Program-made: the position numbers and the translations under genes
Source of the DNA: a virus
Strand: one strand, 5' to 3'
DNA length: 64,000 bases
Virus record (IMG/VR): IMGVR_UViG_3300045988_128837
Span: 23,861-87,860 of that record
The notes under the pieces: model-generated
Databases searched by the model: none
The model's input: the letters and a program-made list of their open reading frames with translations, nothing else
What the model was told of the DNA's origin: nothing
Part shown: in pieces, positions 10,779 through 19,939 of the stretch
Layout of the letters: each line of letters begins with the position of its first letter
Position numbering within the stretch: position 1 is the first letter of the stretch

Positions 10779-11470
10779 TCAAGTCCCTCACCAAAAATAT
10801 CACTTAAAATGTCGTCCATGTTATCGTCTTGTGTGGCTGTTACTACAGTTTTCTGAGTTGTGATATTATTTGTTTCAACAAAAGATTTTGCAAATTTTTC
10901 ATTATTCTTTTTGTCTACTTCATTTAATTTCTGTTTCTCTTTCCATCGTAAATAACTATCATACTTTCCTACTAAAACTGCTAAATCATAATTAACCTGG
11001 TGTGTTGGATTATCTTCATCCATCGTTCCTTTTTGTATCAAAAATGTTCGATTTTTCTTAAGATATTTCATTTGACGCTTCCACATATCTAAAAGATCAC
11101 TTGGTGGAATTGGTTTCGCCAGACCACGATATGTACCTTTATAAATACTTTTCAATTTTGTAAAAACATAGGCTGGTACAGAACCAATGTAGTTATAATT
11201 ATCAAGAATAAACCGATATACTTTGTCTTCTAACAATCTTGGTTCAAGTAACACTCGTGCTTTCTGATTATATTCGTCAATCTTAGATAATGCAGATAAC
11301 CATTTATCATGTTTAGTATTTTTGGATAATAATTTTGCTTCACACATTTTTCGGAAACATTCTTTGTGATAATAACTATTGTCATATTTAACAATCTCTT
11401 GTACTTTATCTAAATCAAGTTCAATTACTTCTTTACAATAAGCACATTTTACTGTTAAAACATCTGCCAT
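10775..11470 (-). CDS. Hypothetical protein with an N-terminal Cys/His zinc-ribbon-like motif.
   Basis: CAYCKE...YHKECF. Translationally coupled to its neighbours. Confidence 0.4.
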   Translation of the reverse strand: MADVLTVKCAYCKEVIELDLDKVQEIVKYDNSYYHKECFRKMCEAKLLSKNTKHDKWLSALSKIDEYNQKARVLLEPRLLEDKVYRFILDNYNYIGSVPAYVFTKLKSIYKGTYRGLAKPIPPSDLLDMWKRQMKYLKKNRTFLIQKGTMDEDNPTHQVNYDLAVLVGKYDSYLRWKEKQKLNEVDKKNNEKFAKSFVETNNITTQKTVVTATQDDNMDDILSDIFGEGLD

Positions 11471-11549
11471 ACTACAGTTACTCCTCGTCCAATATCAAAG
11501 GATTAGGTAGCCAAAATGGCTACCATATAAACCCTTTTGTAATTTCACC

Positions 11550-12764
11550 TTATCCTTCCTGATCTTCTTTGATTTTTTTCACTAAGATTTCTTCAATCTT
11601 CTTTAACTGATCAAGATCATTAAGACGACTAAAGGCGGTAGGTAATCCTTCTTTGGCGAGCTTATCTTTCATTTCCTGTCTTTTTGGAGGGGCTAATTTT
11701 TTGATTCTGTCAGAAATTCGTTTTTTTACATCCTGAACAGAATCTTTTTTGCTAGATGAGCCACTGGATAACATACCAGATTCTTCTTTTTCTGCTTCCT
11801 CTTCGGAAACTGGCTTACCTGCCTCTCCAAGAATTTCTCTCTTATAGATTTTCTGTTCAACATCTACTGCTTTTGTAAGAGCATTACCAAGTGTAAACTC
11901 TTTGTTCCCAACAGAATTATCAATAACTTTCTGCCAAGCTAACATCTGTGGATCTTCTACAATCTCGTTCTTTTTATATGTATGTGTTCTATCTTTCAAT
12001 ATCTGAGCACAAACCATATCAGTTTCACTATCAACGAATGTACGAATTACTGTTTTGGCGTTATAATCCATACCTTTAAATCCGTCAATAATTTTACGAC
12101 CTGTTGTAACAGTTTCTCTTTTACCATCAATCATCTTAGATTCTGTTTCATCTTTTTCTCTTGCTGTTACAACACAATGTGCTCCAGAAGCTAATAAATC
12201 AAGAATTAAATCCTGACCTTTGAAGTTTACAGTCTGGTAATCTTTTAATTCCATACCTGCACCTTCAATTTTGACAAGTCTGGCTTCACCTGTCATATTT
12301 GCAGCATCCGCTTTTACACGATTTCTTTTCTTAGAGAACTCAATCAATCCCTGTTTTGTAGTCAGATTTAAGATTGTTGATCCATCTACAACAATTGCAT
12401 CAGCTCTAAATGGAAGACCATCTGCATCTAAAACTACATCATCAGTTTCTTCTCCATCGTCATCAAGCTCGTAGAAGTCACCGTTTGTTTTAACTGTATC
12501 AATATAATGTCTTACTTCTCCTAAGCTCTGAGTGTAAACAATGTAAATGTTTTCGAGATTTACACCATTTTCCTCTAATTCTGGTAAATAATCATCAATA
12601 CTTCCTGATTCAGAATCTAAATATAAGACTCTGAAAGGTTTCCCATCTGGGCGTTTAAAATACGCTAACTGCATTGCCAGTGTACTTTTACCAGTAAAAG
12701 GTTCTCCATAAATAATAGTCATCAATTTACTCTGTGTTTTTGCTGCTTTTCTTGCTTTTGCCAA
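11550..12764 (-). CDS. AAA_24 / Sak4-like RecA-fold ATPase (ssDNA annealing/recombination) with a C-terminal charged extension.
   Basis: N-terminal MTIIYGEPFTGKSTLAMQLA Walker A typical of phage Sak4/AAA_24. Walker B-like IVVDGS. Confidence 0.55.
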   Translation of the reverse strand: MAKARKAAKTQSKLMTIIYGEPFTGKSTLAMQLAYFKRPDGKPFRVLYLDSESGSIDDYLPELEENGVNLENIYIVYTQSLGEVRHYIDTVKTNGDFYELDDDGEETDDVVLDADGLPFRADAIVVDGSTILNLTTKQGLIEFSKKRNRVKADAANMTGEARLVKIEGAGMELKDYQTVNFKGQDLILDLLASGAHCVVTAREKDETESKMIDGKRETVTTGRKIIDGFKGMDYNAKTVIRTFVDSETDMVCAQILKDRTHTYKKNEIVEDPQMLAWQKVIDNSVGNKEFTLGNALTKAVDVEQKIYKREILGEAGKPVSEEEAEKEESGMLSSGSSSKKDSVQDVKKRISDRIKKLAPPKRQEMKDKLAKEGLPTAFSRLNDLDQLKKIEEILVKKIKEDQEG

Positions 12765-12829
12765 ATGTAAAACTCCTTTATGTATATATTGTTTTTGTTA
12801 TTTATTTGTGAAATGATTTAGAATTGCTC

Positions 12830-13942
12830 TTACCAAACATCGCCTTCAGTATCATCTGAAGAATCATCAAAACCAGATCCCCATTCATCATCTGTAAAAG
12901 AACTACTTGTCTGTTTATCATCAGACTCACCGAAATCACTTCTTGCTGCTTCTGCCTTTTTAATAGCTTCAATCGCTGCATCAATTGCTTCTCTGGTGTA
13001 TGTTTCTGAATCAATACTGTCTTTGCTTGCGCCAGTGATAATAAGTTCTTTTCTTGCAGAATTTACGACTCTCTTTGTAGGATCTGCTTCTCCCCATCCA
13101 TCATCTTCTACTTCAACTTCTTCTGTCTGAATTTCTGTCTTAATATGTCCCCAAACTTCAATAGATGAATATGGCTTCACATTTTTCTTAAAAGTTTTTG
13201 CTAATTTCTTATTTGTCATATAGAATTCAGCATCATCAACAGATGAATAACCAATAATCTTTCCATAAACGATAAAACGTCCTGTTGGCACATCATTTTC
13301 TTTTTCCTGTTCGATATTTGTGAATACCATTGTCTGTTTGAAATCAGATCTTACTTTACGTTCTTCATCATCAAGATCAATTTCTTTACTTGTTAAACTA
13401 ATCTGTGTTGGAGACATTCTTGACCACTGACGTTTAGTACCGTCTTCCCCAGTAAAACTTCCATATTCAATATCTCCTTTGATGAATACACTCTGGTTGT
13501 CTGCCATGTGTTCTGAAGCATATTTTGTTAAATCAAATGGATCTAATACCAGTTTTTTGTTAACGACCTGTCCTTTATCATTGGTCTCTTTTTCAAGACC
13601 TGCTCTTGAACCAATAATTGCCCAACCTTCGCCAAGTCCTAATTCTTCAGCCGATTTAAAACGATCCGCCCAAGGAATTTTTTTAGTTTTGTATGTACCG
13701 TCTTTCTCTCGTTTGATAAAACATACTGTAGGTTTTTCAAATGCCTGAATTTTACATCCAACTTTTACGTCAGGTTCTACTTTAACTCCGAAAGATAATG
13801 TTCGTTTATCTTTGCCTTTCTGCGTTTTACCTTCCTTATAAAAGTCGTCTTTCGCACAATCAGTGATTAATCCTTCTAACTGAAATGTACCTTTAGTTTC
13901 TGGTAAGTTGAAAAGTCTTTTAGATTTTGTGTTTTCTGCCAA
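12830..13942 (-). CDS. Putative ssDNA-binding protein with an acidic C-terminal tail.
   Basis: C-terminus DDEWGSGFDDSSDDTEGDVW resembles SSB acidic tails. Position after the Sak4-like ATPase. Confidence 0.35.
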   Translation of the reverse strand: MAENTKSKRLFNLPETKGTFQLEGLITDCAKDDFYKEGKTQKGKDKRTLSFGVKVEPDVKVGCKIQAFEKPTVCFIKREKDGTYKTKKIPWADRFKSAEELGLGEGWAIIGSRAGLEKETNDKGQVVNKKLVLDPFDLTKYASEHMADNQSVFIKGDIEYGSFTGEDGTKRQWSRMSPTQISLTSKEIDLDDEERKVRSDFKQTMVFTNIEQEKENDVPTGRFIVYGKIIGYSSVDDAEFYMTNKKLAKTFKKNVKPYSSIEVWGHIKTEIQTEEVEVEDDGWGEADPTKRVVNSARKELIITGASKDSIDSETYTREAIDAAIEAIKKAEAARSDFGESDDKQTSSSFTDDEWGSGFDDSSDDTEGDVW

Positions 13943-14152
13943 ATGAATTTACCTCTTTCTGTTATTAAATTTGTTTAGTTAGTTTTTAGTTTGTAAATAA
14001 GTCATCAATTTATATCCACTGTCAACTCTGCCAAAGTCAACAGGAACAAAAAATAATTTTATCTGATCGTCTTATATTGCTATAATCGTTCTAGCACGTT
14101 TATAACAAATGCGTCAAAAAAAATAATAAAAGTTGTTTGCGTTATTCAACTT

Positions 14153-14695
14153 TTATAATCTGGAAAATGTTGTTGATCGCATTCTTTTAATCTTTTGTTG
14201 TATCGCTTGAAATGATGTGCCAAACATTTTTGCGATTTCTTGATATGTATAACCTTTTGATTTTAAATCAACAATCATTCTGTCCTTATTATTTAGTGTG
14301 TAACATTTATCTTGAAAATTCAACTTGAAAATAATATTTTTTTCAAAATTTTCTTCATCCTTTAAAAGAAATGAATTTTCATTTTTGTCTTCATCCCAAT
14401 CATCTAACATATGATTATATGAAATAGTATTCATATCGCCCTTTCTTCTCTGCCGAAATCTGTATTTGTTATATACCGTTATTTCATTTTGTATACATAA
14501 ATACGCATATGTCGAAAATGATTTAGACCGTGTTTCATCATAATCAATTGCTGCCTTACACAACCCAATAGCAGCGAATCCATAATAGTCATCAAAATTT
14601 TGTCTGCGGATACCGCATTTTGTCATAGCAGAGTAAATCAAATTATGATTTTGTTCTACCAATTTTCTCTGTTCGTCATTTAATTTCAACGACAT
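14153..14695 (-). CDS. Phage-encoded sigma-70 family sigma factor (regions 2 and 4 only; ECF/TcdR-like).
   Basis: Region 2: LIYSAMTKCG...DDYYGFAAIGLCKAAIDYD...FSTYAYLCIQNEI. Region 4 HTH: GYTYQEIAKMFGTSFQAIQQKIKRM. Paralog of 20787-21368. Confidence 0.6.
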   Translation of the reverse strand: MSLKLNDEQRKLVEQNHNLIYSAMTKCGIRRQNFDDYYGFAAIGLCKAAIDYDETRSKSFSTYAYLCIQNEITVYNKYRFRQRRKGDMNTISYNHMLDDWDEDKNENSFLLKDEENFEKNIIFKLNFQDKCYTLNNKDRMIVDLKSKGYTYQEIAKMFGTSFQAIQQKIKRMRSTTFSRL

Positions 14696-14724
14696 TTTCT
14701 CCTTTATTTACTTGTGTTTATGTG

Positions 14725-15000
14725 TTAATCATGAACAAATGGTTCCCATTCTCTGGGTGGAGCATTTAGCTTCCAATATTTCGGTAATGAAACTCTTACC
14801 CTGCAACCTCTAACTACATTATAAAAATCACAATTTAAGCAATTCTCATAATCGACACTTCTACTTCCCATATCATGAACTCTGTTTGCCTTACAGATAT
14901 TTTGAACTACGCTTAAAGCATCATATATCTCATCAGGTGTATACTCTTTATAATTTTTCTCGCTCACAATATCACCTCCTACTTCTTGAATGCTCGCCAT
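14725..15000 (-). CDS. Small Cys-rich protein, tandem paralog of 14979-15278.
   Basis: YTPDEIYDALSVVQNICKA aligns with HTPKEILNALHVIQDTCEY in the neighbouring ORF. Cys pairs CLNCDF...C. Confidence 0.4.
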   Translation of the reverse strand: MASIQEVGGDIVSEKNYKEYTPDEIYDALSVVQNICKANRVHDMGSRSVDYENCLNCDFYNVVRGCRVRVSLPKYWKLNAPPREWEPFVHD

Positions 15001-15278
15001 ATAGTATCTGGATCATCATCAATTTCCCAATTACAAGGGTCAAGGTCTCTAGGTGTACAAGTCGGGGCTTCGCCCATCATCGTGCATAAAGGACAGGCTT
15101 TACAATCTTCGTCTGCTCCATCAAGATGGTATTCGCACGTATCCTGAATCACATGCAGTGCATTTAAAATTTCTTTTGGCGTATGTAATTTACTTTTCTT
15201 TTCTTTCTCCATTATATTTCTCCTTAATTGTATCAATTGCAAACTGCAACGCCTCATCTTGAATTGTTGTATAATCAT
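14979..15278 (-). CDS. Small Cys-rich protein (CKACPLC ... C), tandem paralog.
   Basis: See 14725-15000. Confidence 0.4.
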   Translation of the reverse strand: MIIQQFKMRRCSLQLIQLRRNIMEKEKKSKLHTPKEILNALHVIQDTCEYHLDGADEDCKACPLCTMMGEAPTCTPRDLDPCNWEIDDDPDTIWRAFKK

Positions 15279-15699
15279 TTATGGAAATCATATCATTTAA
15301 TACATGGATGTACTGTGCCGCATTGGTTTTAGTAGATAGTAGCTTTTCGGAATCTCGATTCTCTATATCATTCACAGTCAATGTATCGCACGCATTAAGA
15401 CACGAATCCACCAATTCGTTCCATAACGACAAAACAAAATATCTCGCTGCAATCGGATGACGTTTTAGTTCATCAACTAGCGGTTTCGTCAGTTGAAACG
15501 TATCAAGAAAACTACATATATTATAATATTTTCGAAGTATATGATCTTGCTTATTTGATGATTCAACCTCGCCTATTGAAAGTGCTAAACTATTTCTTAA
15601 TTCTTCTAACTGCCCGTATGTAAATACTTTATTATTTTCTTTTTTCACTCTGTCTTTCCCATTCCTTTCTCCAATAATCATCTTCTTTGATATTGCCAA
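15190..15699 (-). CDS. Hypothetical protein.
   Basis: Minus-strand ORF within an operon-like array. Confidence 0.35.
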   Translation of the reverse strand: MAISKKMIIGERNGKDRVKKENNKVFTYGQLEELRNSLALSIGEVESSNKQDHILRKYYNICSFLDTFQLTKPLVDELKRHPIAARYFVLSLWNELVDSCLNACDTLTVNDIENRDSEKLLSTKTNAAQYIHVLNDMISINDYTTIQDEALQFAIDTIKEKYNGERKEK

Positions 15700-16273
15700 G
15701 TTTCACATATTGATCTGGTTTAATTTCTCCTAAATCAATCATATCAGAACCATAAACAGATAACATCTGCCACGCCAAATCTTCATCATTATAAATAATC
15801 AAATATACGTCTTCGTCATCATCAACCAATTGTACAACATCATATTCAAATTCATTTTCTCTGCCAGTTGATTGACAAATGGTATCTTCTTTTACTTGAC
15901 ACCCATACATACCACTATGGTCTGCTGGTTCACATCTTGGGAATAATAACCATCCTTTACCGATGTATGTCCCAGTAATCCACTTATTAGTATCATAATT
16001 CTGTGCCTTGCAGTATATACCACAATTTTGATAGGTTTGATTCATTGCTAAATTCCCCTTTCGCTCTTTTGTAATCCGATATACTCTGTCCATAGCTTCC
16101 ATGTTATGATCATGTACCTCTGGAATAAAAATTTCCCTTCCACAAATCTTACAAATACCATATGTCTCTGCAAACGAAATTCTTTCACCTATCATTGGAA
16201 CAATTGTAAACCTTGTTTCAAGTTCATAATCAACTAGCTTTCGACAATATGCGCACAAAAGTTTCTTCTCCAT
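15632..16273 (-). CDS. Hypothetical protein with two CxxC pairs (zinc-ribbon-like).
   Basis: CAYCRK...CKICGRE. Confidence 0.35.
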   Translation of the reverse strand: MEKKLLCAYCRKLVDYELETRFTIVPMIGERISFAETYGICKICGREIFIPEVHDHNMEAMDRVYRITKERKGNLAMNQTYQNCGIYCKAQNYDTNKWITGTYIGKGWLLFPRCEPADHSGMYGCQVKEDTICQSTGRENEFEYDVVQLVDDDEDVYLIIYNDEDLAWQMLSVYGSDMIDLGEIKPDQYVKLGNIKEDDYWRKEWERQSEKRK

Positions 16274-16278
16274 CTACA

Positions 16279-16674
16279 TTACTCTCCTAACTCAATCCCA
16301 CAAATTTCTTTCGCCAGTTCTCTTACCGCAACACGTTCTTCACAAACACAATATCCATCATCTTCATCAATTGTAAGATCATTATTGTACATGAATTTTA
16401 GTAACTCTTCTAAGGTATGAATATCTTTTTTGACTTCATTTACCTTGGCATAAAACTCTCGTTTTAGAACCGCTTTTATTTCTGATTCAGTGCGATATAT
16501 CTCTTCTAAAAGAACCATATATAAACCATGCGTTATACTATCTTGTATCATTATATATGTTAGATCGCCAAGACATTTAATCTCGGTAATAATTCCAGAC
16601 TTAACAGTATATGGTTCATCGTACCAAGCAAAATACACTTCGTCTCCAACTTTGACATTGCCCATCTTTATCAC
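16279..16674 (-). CDS. Hypothetical protein.
   Basis: ORF only. Confidence 0.35.
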   Translation of the reverse strand: MIKMGNVKVGDEVYFAWYDEPYTVKSGIITEIKCLGDLTYIMIQDSITHGLYMVLLEEIYRTESEIKAVLKREFYAKVNEVKKDIHTLEELLKFMYNNDLTIDEDDGYCVCEERVAVRELAKEICGIELGE

Positions 16675-16680
16675 CTCTTT

Positions 16681-16884
16681 CTAACACCAAGCCCACAAAA
16701 TTACTCCAATTAAGCATGATACATGGAGCATAACCCATAAGAAAAATATCCTATATTCAGTTAAATCCCAATTATATGAATCATCACAACCAGTAACTAT
16801 GAACCAAACCCAAACAATTACATATACCAATACGCACATAGTAATTGAAAATATTCTAATTGCTAGTTTGACATTATCTATCAT
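16681..16884 (-). CDS. Small membrane protein (two hydrophobic helices).
   Basis: Hydrophobic segments ITMCVLVYVIVWVWFIV and VMLHVSCLIGVILWAW. Confidence 0.35.
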   Translation of the reverse strand: MIDNVKLAIRIFSITMCVLVYVIVWVWFIVTGCDDSYNWDLTEYRIFFLWVMLHVSCLIGVILWAWC

Positions 16885-16890
16885 CGCATC

Positions 16891-17436
16891 CTACCATTCA
16901 TCTGCTTCAACTGGCTCTAATTTGTCTTTATTTTTAACAAAATCTAACATGACTTCTTTTTGCATACCTTCGTATAATGTGCCATAATACATTTTCTTTA
17001 ATTTGAAAAATGCCATTTTTAAATCATCTTCATAAAACTTACCTCTTTGCCCATTTTTAATTTGCCGATAAGGATTTTCAGGATGACAATACTCCACAGA
17101 AATTGTTCCATCATCTCTATCGTATGCAGTCTCCATCAAAATACCACCATTCTTAAGCGCCTGATATTCAACCTGATATCCGTCAATAAACCCATACGGA
17201 TGCCACTCATAATCATCTGGTACAACAGCAGGTTCAATAACATCAAAATATTTTTCTAATTCATCTCCAGACATCACACCAAGATGCACTCCATCTACAT
17301 CAAATCTAAAATTGATAACATTTTCATCTGTATCAATCTTAACAATCTCGCATACCTCTCCAAGATTATCAAAGCATCCCATTGGCTTCTTTAATTTAAT
17401 CTTATGATCTATAGTCAATTCATTAATATTAATCAT
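16891..17436 (-). CDS. Hypothetical protein.
   Basis: ORF only. Confidence 0.35.
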   Translation of the reverse strand: MININELTIDHKIKLKKPMGCFDNLGEVCEIVKIDTDENVINFRFDVDGVHLGVMSGDELEKYFDVIEPAVVPDDYEWHPYGFIDGYQVEYQALKNGGILMETAYDRDDGTISVEYCHPENPYRQIKNGQRGKFYEDDLKMAFFKLKKMYYGTLYEGMQKEVMLDFVKNKDKLEPVEADEW

Positions 17437-18467
17437 GCTGCCACCTTACCTTTCTTACTAAAATGTTCATTCCATGCATCGACCGCTTCTTGTTGATCGG
17501 CAGTTAGAGGATCATTGAATCTTTGCAGTGCTTGTACGATTCGTCCATTTTGTATTTCAATCGTCACTAAGGATTTGTTTGGTTCTTTTGCGTTTCTCAA
17601 AAACATGATATGGCATTCGCCATCAATGACTCGATCTATGTAACTTGCCACACAATTATTTTGCTGCACCGCTTCGTCTTTAATGTCTTGAGTGGAGTCT
17701 GGATAAAAGAATCTCAGTCCTTTATATGTAAATTCGTATTCTTTATTAATACGGCTCTTAAAGACTTCTTCCGAAAATTCTTTTTGTAATCTTTTGTAAT
17801 TTCTTTTGACAATATCCATTGTTGTTTTGAAATGTCTTGGATATCTATCAAATTTATGACTGATTGCGTCCATCATACGGGCATAATCACGCAATTCTCT
17901 GAGTAACCAATTTATACTATTGGTAACAGCTTCAAATGTAATTATTCTATCTATATAAACAAACACATCTGCAAGATTATAGCCATAATCCTGATTTAAA
18001 GCCTCCAAAATTTTCGTAAAACGATATCTATGATTATCCTCAAAGAAATTTATTAAATATTCTTTAGTTAATGTCATATACTCTGTCTGTAAAATCGTTT
18101 GTACATAATCTGGATACATCTTATAAAAATCAACAAAATCATTACTTAACAATCGTCTATTCTTCACACCAAGACAATAATTTCTCAACCATTTTGGTAC
18201 TTCATTAATTGAATATTTAAAATCTTCTGTGACTTGTTTGTGTGTAAAACCTATAGCAAAGAACTGCTCGCACATAGAATACTTACTTGCATATTCAAAC
18301 AAAGTTCCTAAATTATAATCAATGAAGCCCCATGTAGTTCTTCCCATTTCACAATTTCTTCGCCAATTTACATATTTTAGAAACTCTGCATAATGTGGAT
18401 CGGACACAAACAATTTATCCAATTCATCAGCTGAATGTCCAGACAGAATATTGTTCAAAGCTTTCAC
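17433..18467 (-). CDS. Hypothetical protein.
   Basis: 344-aa ORF. No firm motif recognised. Confidence 0.35.
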   Translation of the reverse strand: MKALNNILSGHSADELDKLFVSDPHYAEFLKYVNWRRNCEMGRTTWGFIDYNLGTLFEYASKYSMCEQFFAIGFTHKQVTEDFKYSINEVPKWLRNYCLGVKNRRLLSNDFVDFYKMYPDYVQTILQTEYMTLTKEYLINFFEDNHRYRFTKILEALNQDYGYNLADVFVYIDRIITFEAVTNSINWLLRELRDYARMMDAISHKFDRYPRHFKTTMDIVKRNYKRLQKEFSEEVFKSRINKEYEFTYKGLRFFYPDSTQDIKDEAVQQNNCVASYIDRVIDGECHIMFLRNAKEPNKSLVTIEIQNGRIVQALQRFNDPLTADQQEAVDAWNEHFSKKGKVAA

Positions 18468-18596
18468 TTTCTTGCCGCTCTTGCCATAGCAATCACCATT
18501 TGATAAATCATATTTGCAAGTTTTATCATCATCCAGATGGAAAATAATAAACTTGCCTTGTTTTTCTGCTGTAATAGTGTTTCAACTCCTTTTCTA

Positions 18597-18643
18597 CCAC
18601 AATATATAGTATATAATATTTATAGACATACTATATATTGTGG
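18597..18643. repeat. Perfect 16-bp inverted repeat CCACAATATATAGTAT-N15-ATACTATATATTGTGG.
   Basis: Read directly from the sequence. Shares the core CACAATATATAGT with the palindrome at 30400-30446. Confidence 0.6.
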
Positions 18644-18663
18644 TTATTTTTAACATCAAATTC

Positions 18664-19143
18664 CTATTTTATTGTCACATTATGTACACAACAATAATGT
18701 TTCATCTCTAAATAAAAATCTACAACATATTGACACAGACCAATATACTCACTAAACACCCTATCAGACATCTCAATCCACCAAGAATGAAGTTTTTCAT
18801 TACCATCATTTAAGATCAATACTGGAATATTGTTTTCATGAGCAATAGCAATTTCCATAGATGTGCCAATACTCTTTGGATCATTTGCATACACAATAAT
18901 CAAATCACTATTCTTAACAAGACGAGTATCAAATCGCATAACTTCTTTTTCTGTCTCATGTTTGTTATTTTCGAAATTGTAATAATCTACTGGATTGATA
19001 ATACTAACTGGTTTTACATCAACCAATGATTTCTCGCAGCAACTATTGATACACCTACAAATTTCTTTTCTCCACGCATCCTGTTCTTCAAACGACAGAT
19101 CCTGCATACCGCCTGCTAAATAAATCTGAAATACGTCACTCAC
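18664..19143 (-). CDS. Nucleoside 2-deoxyribosyltransferase-like (Rcl / N-deoxyribosyltransferase family) protein.
   Basis: N-terminal IYLAGGM. Catalytic-Glu-like motif GTSMEIAIA. Confidence 0.5.
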   Translation of the reverse strand: MSDVFQIYLAGGMQDLSFEEQDAWRKEICRCINSCCEKSLVDVKPVSIINPVDYYNFENNKHETEKEVMRFDTRLVKNSDLIIVYANDPKSIGTSMEIAIAHENNIPVLILNDGNEKLHSWWIEMSDRVFSEYIGLCQYVVDFYLEMKHYCCVHNVTIK

Positions 19144-19684
19144 TATTTCTTTCTCCTTTCACAATATAGGACTCAATCAATCCTTTTCTTAAGCGATCAT
19201 TCATATCCTGAATGGCTTCCTCAATTGTTTTAAATTTACATGAACAAATATGCTCTTTTGTCAAATTAACAAATGAATATGTGCCATCGGATTTGTTCTT
19301 AAAAATAACCACCACTGATTCTTCCCCATTTGGCTTCTTAACAATAAATCTGAGCGCACCTTTTTGTGTTTCCTGTTTGTTTTCAAGTAAGATAGTATAA
19401 TTGATTTTTAACCAGCTACCATCTGCCCATACTTGTTTAATTTTTTCTTCAGCATTTTGAAGTTTACAATGTCTATAATCAATACTCTCGATATTATAGA
19501 CAAATGATTCAATGGCTTCTTTATCATTTTTTATTGTGATTTGACCATGCGTTCCATTTCTTCCATCTGCAATCGCATCAATAAATTCTTCTACAGTATA
19601 ATCTTTATCAAGCACAACATCATATTTAGTATGTTTATCGTTATCAGAACGTGGTTGTTTTATTAATTCAAACATTTCTATCAT
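19136..19684 (-). CDS. Hypothetical protein.
   Basis: ORF only. Overlaps the end of the upstream HTH gene. Confidence 0.35.
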   Translation of the reverse strand: MIEMFELIKQPRSDNDKHTKYDVVLDKDYTVEEFIDAIADGRNGTHGQITIKNDKEAIESFVYNIESIDYRHCKLQNAEEKIKQVWADGSWLKINYTILLENKQETQKGALRFIVKKPNGEESVVVIFKNKSDGTYSFVNLTKEHICSCKFKTIEEAIQDMNDRLRKGLIESYIVKGERNSE

Positions 19685-19937
19685 CTACCTTCTTATTAAA
19701 TGTCTCTTGTAAATTTAACCATAACCGCCCATCGTCAGCGAACCCATAATGATCTGCCATTGCTTTTGCAAATTCTTTTGTAACACTTTGTGATCCGTTA
19801 ATCAGCCCTTGCACATAATCAACATCCATGCCGATTTTACTCGCAAGCTGATAAGGAGTTATCCTGCAAGATTCAACAAATTCTTCTAAGCATTCGCCAG
19901 GATGAAAAGCAATTTCGTCTCCAATCTTTACATACAT
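19668..19937 (-). CDS. HigA-like XRE-family HTH protein.
   Basis: HPGECLEEF...ITPYQLASKIGMDVDYVQGLINGSQSVTKEFAKAMADHYG matches the HigA antidote pattern. Confidence 0.5.
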   Translation of the reverse strand: MYVKIGDEIAFHPGECLEEFVESCRITPYQLASKIGMDVDYVQGLINGSQSVTKEFAKAMADHYGFADDGRLWLNLQETFNKKVDDRNV

Positions 19938-19939
19938 TT

